This document shows, in pieces, positions 27,401-39,400 of a stretch of 64,000 nucleotides of DNA. The position numbers and the translations under genes are program-made. Below the pieces are notes generated by a model that did not search any database, was not told the DNA's origin, and saw only the letters and a list, made by a program, of their open reading frames with translations. The stretch comes from Tubiluchus corallicola. Taxonomy: Eukaryota > Animalia > Priapulida. Every line of letters begins with the position of its first letter. Position 1 is the first letter of the stretch. Location: positions 62,001 to 126,000 of the forward strand of contig JAQGDQ010000251.1 in assembly GCA_030141605.1 (NCBI GenBank), read 5' to 3'.

Positions 27401-30400
27401 AGATATCAGCCAATATTATGTATTCATGGAGAAAATTGTCCAATAACGTCCTACATTATGTAAAAGTAGTGGCAACTAGCAGTATGTCACAGAAACACAG
27501 AAATAGCCTGAAAGCCGAAAATCCTACAGGTTTTCTTAAATGACTGCGCGTCATTTAAATAATTTTATGTCTGTACATGTTATTATATTAATTTATAATA
27601 GATAATGTAGCTATGGTATTTTAAATTGCGATAATTAATCATTGCAGTTTAACTTTGACGTGTCTGTGCTGCTTCTGATAACTTATTATTTTGTCGTTAA
27701 CCGGCGTGCATGTTTCTTCAGTTTTCATCTGTTTTTGTATGTGTTTAAACGTTTAGTTTTCTCCGCGTCCTTCAAATTACATTAACATTGCATATTAAAT
27801 TTTTGCAAATGAAAGCTCTTGCTAACACTGTGTTTGCTAACCTTGCCCAGCTGTAGCTTCATTAGCATTATATGAGCGTTTATGCATACCACTATTTGGA
27901 CTGTTTTCTGTGGTCACCGATGTAGAGAGAAAGGTGTGAAAGTTAAAATGGTCCAAGTGATGCGGCTGCTATTCGTCGTTTTTTTCCGGGAGCGTCTCGG
28001 ATCTAAGAAAACCCAGATGCTGATTTTATCATTTTATCTTTTCATTTATTATTTTACGTATTGAAGTTGCTTGGTCATTCATGTTTTATTTATCGATGTT
28101 AAATCACAAACACAGACTGCTTAGGGTCACCAAACGTACAAGATAGACACCAGGGGTAGGGGCTGAGACAACGGTTACTTCGGTCAAAGGGTCAAGGGCA
28201 CAGTGCATTGGTCAATTCGAATCATAATGTTATAAACTCATAAATACGTAGTACATGTGTGTAGACATAGGTAGTTGCGAAACTTGCAGTATAGGATTTG
28301 GATCAGAGTTTATTCAGTCTATTAATAGCAGATTTGTATAAAACTCTTTGGTACTCTTAAGTTTTGTTGAAAGCGATCCAAGTTGAAGAGGAAGATTAAT
28401 TTTACTTATTGAATACTCAATGTTATAATCAACGGATGTCGATTCACGTGTCTGTATGGAGTCGGTTTTAATACTTTTCTTTCATAACCCGACTCATCTT
28501 ACACAAAGCCGCCATGCATGAAAAAGTCGTATAGAAAACTCGCAAGACAAACATATGCCCAGATGTGATTAGTGTTTCGGTGAACAATATCTTATCTAGT
28601 GCACACAGTATGCTTGCTGCCCCCTAAGGCTATGAGTGCACAGTGGCAGAAAGGCGCTCCATATATTCTTGAGTTTAGTTGAGTTTGTGCCGTCGCAAGA
28701 ACTAGCACGTAATGAGTAGTAAAGTGAAGAAACAACAAAAGGTAATGCAGATGTGATATGGAGTGTCATTTCATTTGATATATCAGTGTGACAGAATTGA
28801 AGTGTTCTTAAAAATGGATATAAACGTTTTTTCATTTGCCGAGAATTTAAAGCTCCAAAACTGGGGTGCTTAATCATTTGGTGTATGTGTTGTCATTTTC
28901 ACAGTGTAGTTTCTTGGATAACCGTTCGCCTAATTGCCTCGGATGTTTTTTAGTTCCAGTGTGATTTCGTAACGATTCGATTGGTTACGCCTGAAAATTT
29001 AATATTGAGAATGCGTCTGATTTCGTTTTTGTTTACATGTAGGCCTGCTCCCTTTTACTGAAAACTTTTACGTGTATTTAATTTCCGTTCCGTGTAATGG
29101 AGGTGAACTCTTTGTGCAGTAAAGAGGTTAAGAGGTTTATGATGCTTGATTTGAATTGTTTTGTTTAATTAAACCTCGATAAATATTTGTTAATTTGAAA
29201 ACTGAAAGTAAGATCAGGGGCATTCAAAGTGAAAAGTAGGACGAATTTTTGCCAAACAAGTCATTCGAAACGCATAAGTTAAGTAACGTTCCTATAATTA
29301 TATATAATAATCCACAACAAACATTTTTTTCTCATTGCTAATAGGCTTATTAGCCGAATTATAAGCATTAAGAGTATGTTTACCCGAGGTTTATAATTTA
29401 TTACTTTAAGGGTGTCGTTTTAGGTTATTTCAGCGGTGACTCGTTTTACCGTTGAACATTCTAAGTATTTCTAGCCCTAAGGCAAGTCGTGTATCAGGAA
29501 CCCAATTTTCAAATGAACAGCCTAAAGGTTGCACTAGTAATGGAGGAAATGAAGAGCTTAGAATTGTGCAGTAAAGTTGGAAAACATACACAGTAGTTGC
29601 GTGTGCGGAGAAGTTTGTTTTGTTCACATAGTTTACAAAGCCTTGTGTTCAACTTCATATAGTTGCCTTAATTATATTCGATGCTTACATTTGCACAGAA
29701 TGACATGGCAATGCATGCCATCATATTCTTAAACAAAAGAGGACGTACCACTGAGATTTCTGTCCTAGAACTAGTTAAGGTGGAGTGCACACTGTAGGTG
29801 GCACTTGATATTAAGGCGTATGCACAAACGTCCGGAATGTGCGGACGCTTTTGAATACGCAAGTTGGTTCGGTAACAGTAGGCGCAATTCATAGGGCGGC
29901 AGAAACACTTCGTACGTTGCCGCACGTATCGCTGGATGTACGCACGCATCTGCTGCATCGATCACATACACAATTGCCGTAAATTGCGGATGCGCGAATG
30001 TGAATACGCCTCTTGGATTTTTCAGTTTTTCGGTTTTTCGACGGACAAGTTTATTAAGAATCCCGGGGTGAAAAAAGTCGTTACGAACGTTTGTTCAAGC
30101 TGGATAGACATAAATTAACCGCTTGAGTGATCTAAGCGTAAACCCCTTGAAAGGACGCTCTAAAGAATTCCATAAATTTTGGTTCTTCTTGATGGTCAAA
30201 CTGGCATTTCGTTTCACCTTCCTTTATGAAATACATGCATTTAAAAACACGAACGTTAATTTTCGCGCGTCCTTAACATTGGGTGACTAGGCAGGGCGAA
30301 TTCTTTTTTTTAACTTCTTAAGTCGTTTACATTATAATATTATTATATTAGGATTTTGAATTTCTTATATTCAAAAATTTTGGTATGCATGTTATACGTC

Positions 30401-33400
30401 TCTTAAATCATAGTCATAATTGAAATGGAAATTGCCCGAATCGTTCGTACTTAAGTACTGTATATGCGTTTGTGGTACTCCTGATTGTGTGGCACTGTAC
30501 ATGTAGTTCATAACCTGAACATACTGTACTTGTTTTAATTGAAACACATCAACAGAATGCTAAGCGTTATAGAGTGCTGCTTTTACCTGAAGTTCACCTA
30601 TTGCATGATGAATAATATATCAATCAATATCACAGAGAGTAATTACCATGAATTTTATTGTTATGATAAGATAATTGATAGCTGGTGTCAGCGGTGTTCA
30701 GTTCATTCGTTGCAAGTCGAATCTCGAGCCATTAATGTGACTTCATTTACAGTAAAATCAATCTGGACGACGTGATCAACATTGCAGAATTACCAGCATT
30801 TCAAAGTAAAAACTTTTGCACAAATCGAAACAAGGCCATCAGGTGGTTCAGTGCAATTGGCTATTGGATAATATGACCACTATTTGAAAAAATCGAATTC
30901 TCATATTTCCTTATGATAGGTAATGTATCTATTGATGTCCTCTTGATAGCAGATGACTTTCTAATGAAAAGTCAAATAGTCCTAGTACAGGGTTCTACAA
31001 ATAACAAACTTGAAAAAAGGTCGAATTTTTAAGCAGGTATTTTGCATTTAAGAATGTCCAAGGCTAAAAATGTGCAAAGCAGTATCTATGGTCTCAGCGC
31101 AAACTGCGAGCATTGAAGAGGTACTAAGCCTAGGGACGTCTTCCATAAGAAGCAATGAAGGGCTTAAAAACTCTTATACTCTTACAGTTTTGTAGCTAAA
31201 AATATTTTTATTTAATCCGTAGAGAGTTTAACACACACACCTCTGAAGAATCGAGTGTGCATTGCCAGGGTCGTTCTCGTTTACCACTAAAAATTCACTA
31301 AACTTTGGTTTAGCTTTCTTTCAAGATCTAACTTTAATACAATTCTATTTCGCCTTCGTTTCTTTACTGGACACAGAAATCTGTAAGGTGGCAGCTTTTT
31401 TATCTTCTTTTTAACTTGCTGTCCTTGGGTAGAACCTTGAACAGTTTAATTTCGTATAGCTCAGTTTTTGTCCAGTACTTTTGTTTAGTACAGATTCGAG
31501 AAAGCCTAGTGTTGTATATTTGTGTAAGAATCAACTGATTATAGTAGAATTTAATACACTATGCCTAAGATTTATACATACACTGCAGTACTTTTGGTTG
31601 ATGTTTTCTGCTAAACGGTGCTGACTTTGTTCACCCGATTTTTGTATTTTGTGCTGCACTTAAACTCTTTTGCCCAAGCTTTTCGCTTGTGGTTTGCATA
31701 CTCCATGTAGATTTTACCTACAATCACCTAGAGTATCGTCCACGTTTGATTGCTTCTCTTCATTATCTGCAGAAGAGGTTTATTTTCAAGGTGCTGAATG
31801 GCTGCCAGGCGCTGCTGAAGTGTTAAATTAACAGGGTGTTAATTATGTGCGAGTTTTTCAGGTAGTGATGACAGCTGCTATTGAGGTTGATGAGAATTCA
31901 TGATTAAATTAGAAATAAGTTTGTCTGGAATTTATTTAGAGCATTTCAAATTAAACCACTTTTTTGGCAATGGGTTATTATTCAAAGCTGAACAGGGATT
32001 TGATGTTATCTGCAAAGGCGCACAATTGCTTTTGGCTTTTTAGTGTTTTGTCCATTGTCAATCTCTCTTGTTGAAAGTCAAAACCTGACGTCTAACTGTT
32101 ATTATTAATAAACCACATTGTGATTAACTGCCTCTATTTTTTACTTACGGATACACAACACGAATCCAGGTAAAAAATAACAAGAAAAAGATGCAGTTGA
32201 AAAAGAAATAACCCTAGCCCTAGCTAAAATTAATTGTGTTTTTTCCTAGCCAAAATTGTGACTTTTCCAGTAACTTTATTACCTGTCAGTGCGGCCACCC
32301 GCAAATCTACTCATTAATGTCACAGTTCTCACGTGTGCGCAAGAAATTGTAATATAGACATTATACTCGTGTGCTAAGTTTTTGAAATGTTTTATAGGTG
32401 CAGCTAGACAAAGTTCTTGGACTAACGGTATCATCGACGTCCGGATTATGCACTAGCGAAGCCACTGGATTGGTCGCTTATCCAGCTGGGTAAGTGGTAA
32501 CTTTTAACCGTCTCAGTCTCAGACATTTCACTTGTAAGTGGGCACTTACACCTAATACATTCAACTGCTTTTTTTCTCTGAACGACGCCTTTATTCCAGT
32601 AGGCTTGTATCTACCTTAGTCTCGGATCAAACCTAGTGTTGTCTGAGTGCCAATTTTGTATATAGGTCAGTTTGACAGTAAAACTAATGCTAGTCGCTAC
32701 TTACTAAGGCGTTTGCGGAGTTTTCTTGTGTAAAAAACTATAATCAGCAGAGTTAATGAGCGTTTTTGACCATTGCCACGCCTATTCACATACTTTACAA
32801 CTGCTCACTTGCTTGAGTTTCATCAAAATTAAAGGTTCAATGAAGATTTATATGAACTTTGATTGGCACGTTTGTATTAAAGTTGTCTTGGTCAATGTCA
32901 AGCTGATACAGCGTGGCGAGAGATCGTTTTGATCCCATGAAGTCGTTGAACTTAACTTACCGAGTGGGGTTCTTTATTGTTGTTCAAACCATTTCTGTTT
33001 AAGAACAAACATCGAGTAGATCATCTACGATTGCTATTGTTCCCCGAGTAAAGTGGAGTATATAGGAAATACAAGTTAAGTAAAGGTGTTCACACCTGGG
33101 CACAGCGATAATGCATGTTAGACGGCATCGAATGCAAGGAATAGCTGTATGTTGGCCGTGTAGGTGACTTGAGTTAAGGAACACCCAGCCTTGTTATTAT
33201 CGATATTAATTATGTTCCAGTCCCACCACAATCTTCTGTATTAAAATAATCTCAGCCGTTGAGCGCTAGGTCCCCACAGGCATTTTCCGAACTGAAAGGC
33301 GGTCCAAGTGATGTATCTGTCAGCACAACATCATTCCTTAAAACATAATTGCCTACGTGCAGTAACTAATCAGCGCGTTGTCTACGTGTCGCACTAGCCT

Positions 33401-36400
33401 TGTCTTTAGATAGGCTTTTGTTTGTATGCCATACTGTCTTATTTTTAACGACAAATTTTACATGTACCATCGCTTTGTGAGTACCTAGGGTTCAAGGAAG
33501 TGGGTCAGTGTCTTGTCTCTTGATGACGAGCGTGGTGTGTGACAAAATGTAGCACTTACCTTTACGAGTCATGGTCTTGAGCTTTGCAAGGTTAATTAAA
33601 TTTTTGTGGCCAGGTATAATACCTGGTGCATGCTGTATTTTTTCTTTTGTAGCTGTATAATTATATTTGACAGTATACCCGAGTGATTTTACCGGGTAAA
33701 CATAACAAGAAAGCTCTACTTTTCAGTGTTTGATGTAAGTCAGTCTGTATTTAAGGTTTAGCAGGTTTGTCACGAAAATTTAGCAGTCACAAAAGCACAT
33801 AGACGAACATGCAACTTCGACATTGCTTGTTGTGGGTACTAAGATTGAAGGTATTGAGGTTGTAGGTTTCGAGGTCGTGGGACCGATGTGGGGTGTAAAT
33901 TATAATTGGCACTTATATGCTTACATTGAAATATGTTTAGAAAATTACTTGCGATTGCTTTATTTGCATTATATTGACTAAAGTATCATCCCAAATTATG
34001 ATTTATTTATGTTAAGCTGTGCCGAGCTTGGTAAATAAATGGATGAATGACCTTCTCGAAATCTGTCTCTGGCTGTTTCAGTTGCCATTTTGCCGTCAGC
34101 TGTTTCAACGTGACCAGGACACTACCGCATTTTCCTTGATAGTGGCGTTTATCCTATTATTCTCCATTGAGCAAACCTTGGTGTTCAGTACTGAATTGAA
34201 CTGAATATCTATCACTTTTTGCTTGTTTAACTTTGAACAGTATTTAACTAATTGCCAATTGGCAAAGCGCCAGCCTGTAGATAAAATGCTGCTGCAAAAA
34301 TTACTGTAAAATAAATATGACCTCACATTAATGTATCGTTATTGGGAGAACTTTGTTTTAGAGACGTTTATTATAAAGTTGAAGTCATACTTCATTACTT
34401 GTTAGATAACGAACCGTCTTTACTATTGGCAACAAAACTTTTGTTTGTGAAAAACGAATAGCCCCAATTCTCACGCAGTAACTCAGTATGGTTAGTCACA
34501 AAACTGAAATGCTCGTAGTTTCTTCGGCATTTGTGCAAAATGCATTTAGAAATTAGTTCTACTTATTTACAGCTGACCTCTATATCTTATTCTTATTCAC
34601 TCGCGCGCAAGTATTGAACATATTAAATAGTAAATTCGCAGCATGATGTAGCGTTGAAATTCCAATGCCCATCATTGTTCTGAGCACCACCTGGAAGTAG
34701 ATACCCATGATGCCGTTGTTTGTTGTTCTTACCTGAGAAAACGAAAACATGGTCAGGTGAAAACGAAGACGGTGTTATTTACCTGCACGCGGCACGCTAA
34801 CCTAAATCTCTTAATAATGAGGCTTCGAGGAAAGTTGATATTTTAAATATTAGTCTTTAGGTTTAAAAATGGTGGTACTTGGCGGTTAAATGTGTATTTA
34901 GCCACGTAATAGGGAATATATTATTCTTTGTCTCAGCCCAATGAGATGGTTTACAGAAAAACTATAGGTATTTACCGTGGACTATTACAAGGTAATAACC
35001 CTCGTGTGTCCTTAGTGTTAGTTGGACCCATTTGTTGAAGAATCCCAGGCGCAGTATCGTGTGATCGATGCTTAACGAAAGTATGTTAAATTCTTACTTC
35101 CATGTTAGTCATATTAAGACAAATTAAGTTTTATGGTTTGATATTTGACGGACACATCGTTCGTTTACTTTTTTGTCTTCGTTTACTGTTTACTTCGTTT
35201 ACTGTCTTGAAGAACATACTTCCAAAAACTCTTACAACGTACTAGGAGATTGGGGTGCGCATGGTGAACTTGGTAAAATTTAAAGAAAAATAACTCACTA
35301 ATGGTGTTAGTATTGTTGTGATTAGAGGTATAAGAATGGAAAATTAAACATTGTTCTGGTGCATGATTTGGCTCTCAGGCAGGTAACGTGAGGCGGCGTG
35401 TTCGTGGTAGTAACAGCTGAAGATGCTAGTGATCTGAAGAAGTCTCTGGACGTGGTTGCTCTAATGTGTAGCGGAAGTTTGTTCCAAACTCGTATTTGCC
35501 CTGGGATAGAAGCGTAACTAAAGACTCTTGCTGCTGATTGCTCGAGTTTGTTGTTATTTGCTTTTATTTTGGCCAGGGGTTATAAAATTTTAAAGATAAT
35601 ATTGTTTGTCACTGACGGATTTTAATTATATCTTTCGCAGTCTTGGAAAATGAGGGAATTATTTTAGTATAAATTTTTGCACGTTTTGAAACCAAAGTAA
35701 GTATTTGGTTGTGGATAATTTCAATTTCTTTACACTTGATCGATTGATTTGATTGGTTGACAGATGTATTTCAATCAATCTGGTATTAAAAATTGAAATT
35801 ATCCACATCTAGGCACCTATTTGGTTACATTTTTTGCTGTCAAACATTGCTTCTTGTATGTGAGAATTAATATTTACCAATCTACTTTACAATGTTAAAT
35901 GTGACAATGTTAAGCTAGTTGCAAATCCAAAATACATAATATTTATTATGTAATAACAATTGATTGATAGATTGACAACATTCATTGTCAAGAGTTACTG
36001 ATATTAACAGCTAAGGTCATGCTTTTTGTAATGCTTAATAAGGATTTATTAGGAGTCTAAATTGCTGTTTAATCTCACGAAAGTGTCTGAAAATGTGTTA
36101 ATTTAGATATTTTCTAATTGCTGAAGTTTTATAAGTCACCACGATTTTGGAATCGGATGGAATAAACTTCAATACTTTGTAGTCATTGTTCGTGACGATT
36201 GGCATCTTTAAAAATGTTTCTTTGTAAATTAGCACCGTTGCTCTGTTCCTATTTCACCTTTCTTATGGCGCACGATTAACCATTTGCAGCAAAAAGAAAG
36301 GTCTCTGCATTTACCTACATATCTGCGTGTACCAATATGCTGTACCTGTTACCTGTGTGTTTTGCAGTGATTTGTATAACTGCGGTTACCCCATTTGATA

Positions 36401-39400
36401 ATTTACTCCCTTGTAACTTTCACTGCACCTGCATTTATCGTCAAGGTAGTTTTATTTTGACTTGGTAAATGGCTATAAATGGCTTAATAGTTTGAATTAA
36501 AGATTTAGTAGATTTAGAATTTTGGATTTTAGAAGTACCATAAAAGCGAAGGGCAACCAACACTCCCCGATACAGTTTTTCCGTCTGTACTATTTATTTG
36601 CTCTGAGGTTCTGACATGCGTGATTAGAATTTATGAAGCAGGTGTCACGCAATGTTAGCTTGAGTGTACACTTTGTGCACTTTGGACAGTTTATTAGATT
36701 TATTATATAGGAGCAATAGTAAGTGTAGTAATAACTGCAACATACACTTTTTACAAGTTCAGTGGTACATTTCATCACCATAACTCGTCGTATTTATGTA
36801 TCCATTGATATCCTTATCTTTTTTAATACTATGTACATGTATTATGATTTGTTTTTATTGTGTTTATAGTAAGGACCGCTTAGCTTGGAGACATTTTCAA
36901 ACCCTGTTAAAGCGGACAAACAGTGCCAATCAGTTACTATTTTGTTGGCATTTTATGGAAAGAACTGTTTAACTTTACTAAATTGTAAAACTTTACGAAA
37001 CGTATAAAATTATGGTCACCTCGTAACTTGGGAAACCACATACGTTGAGGAAAGAGTTATTATTCTGGAAACGTAAGCCATTTAACATCTCTCTAAAAAT
37101 GGAAATAGAAGTGGGCTTTTTCAAGAGAGGCTAAGTGTTGTAAATTATAAGTTTCAAATAATGCTGTCTCAGCAGTTTATAGCCCTATAATTACACCTGG
37201 CTATAATGCTTGTGAATGCTACTTCCAGGAATTATATATGTGTAACTTCGCCCCAGGGTATCGCATGAAAGAAAGGAAATTTCTCCTTGTTTAGTTATAT
37301 AAATCCAGTTTTATGGTCATTGTTCTGTGGCAGGTTTCCGTTCCTCCTGTATTTGTGGATAATAGTTTGTTATCAGAGTCACACAGTGCCTGTAATTATA
37401 ATAATATACAATATTTACATTGATTTCAAATTTCATGTATTTGGGGGAATATATGTTCGCATTTCATATTGATTAACAGCAAAGTGACAATTTTTCAATT
37501 TAATCAAAAGTTTAAATGAATTGCCTCGGTTGATATCGCCTTTGTTTGCAAATTAAGTACAATCAACGTGTAAAACTATGGTTTGTACTGTTACAATTTA
37601 GGTGGATTTAGATTAATATGGGCAATCTGATCGACATTTTACTGTACTGTACACTGTTAGAGTACTAGTCAATAGTATTGCGATAGTGGTTTGGCATTAC
37701 CGTGTTGTTTCCACATATTGAACTTATTACCACACAATCTCCAAATACCCACACCAATATCAATTTTCTGTGCTTTACCGATAAAGGCAAACATCGATTT
37801 TTATTGCTCATTGATTTGTCGGCTTACGGTTACCATGGATAACAAACTAATGTAAGATTATTTCTACGTAATAACAAATCACATTGTTACATGTAATCAT
37901 AATCGTCTTCTAAATCCTATTAATAAACTTGTCAAGTTCAAGGTTTGTGAAGTTACAACAAATCAAGGAAAATTTCCGTGTTTTGTAGGCCGTCAAAGCG
38001 ACCCCCCAAGTGGTAGGTAAATACAATAGGTTATCCGCTGTTTGTATGTTTGACTGCTAGTCATATTAAACAAACAAATAAAATCAACATTCTTCGTTTT
38101 GTTTTGAAGTGGCAGAGAAAGAAAATGTGTCATTTGGTCACGTGCTTGGCAAATAAGGAAGAGAAGTTTTTTCTTACTTGGTACCTGGCGTTCGCTCGAC
38201 AAATTTGAATGGCAAAACAGCCCGAGCACGTGAAGGGTTAAATCATGTTAAATTTCCTCTGTTCTCTGTTTGAATTCAGAACTTTCTATAGAAGTGGCCT
38301 GCCCAAGTAGTAACATTGTGTTAGTAGAACTGTTTTGTTTAAAGTCTGTTGGCTTTGCAAACAACAAATACTCTTGACGCAGCGTTTTTTCTTGATGTCT
38401 CCTATTTAGTTGAGTTCATAAATTCAATCTACAACCACATTTCACCTTAAAGTCATACAATTCCTTCTTCCACAATTTCAGTTAAGTTTGACATATTTAT
38501 CAAATCCAGGAAAAAAGTCACAAGGAGAAACTCACTGGAAAAGTGAAATAACCCCAAGCCTAACCCTAACATAATTAGTCGTGACTACAAAAAAAATCAC
38601 AGCTAAAAAAAGTCACAGGAAAAAAGAAATAACCCCACCCCTAACCCTAACCTCACTCAGCCAAAATTAACTGTGAACCTTTTTCTCACAAAAATTGTTA
38701 CTTTCTCCCGTGACCTTTTTCCTGTCACTTTATCACTTGTCGCCATATTGATTAACTTTTGACGTTACACATTTTGACCCTATACTGTTGATTTAAGCAT
38801 AAATAAAAAGATTAAGTCATTTGTAACTGATTTATTTTCGCTTGAGGGGCCTGCAGGTATAGAATACACCCGAGTTTTAGTGCTTTGTGCAAATCATACC
38901 CGGTAGTCTTTATACAGCAATTTTAATGCATTAAAATTTATACCTGTTTACAATTTATTACTGCTTTCAAGTCTGGCTGTCTGTGCTGTACGTATTGCAA
39001 ATTAAGTTTTCCGTGCCCACGCGTTTTATTGAGCTGGTTTTGGAAGCTGCAACTCGTTTCCATGCGCTGGTGTTTTTACTTTCTATAGCTATTGTCTGGT
39101 ATTGATTTCCACTTGCAGTAATTTATCAATCCGTGCATCTTTGATGCTCTATAATTGTGATTAGGCAGGTTGACCTCATCTGCTTTGTGTTGCCGAAGTA
39201 TAGAGATAGTTTTACCCAGTAACTAACGGAAATTTACCGCGGCATTCTAGGTTTTTTACGTTTACTGTTTATAAAGCAAGAAAAGTAACTCTGTTTTGTT
39301 AAATTTATTTAAAGGGTGAAAGGGGAATTTCAAAGTGTTCCGCAAAGAACTTTCTCTACACAAAGTTATATCATGAAAGACTTACGTAACTGACAAAGAA

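Noticed and set aside
26080-31866. YAG|GT motifs (ctgcag|gtagaa ~26092, tttttcag|gtagtg ~31861) as recursive splice sites
   Set aside because: The regenerated donors are weak and CAGGT motifs are common on both strands here, so they cannot be told apart from background.
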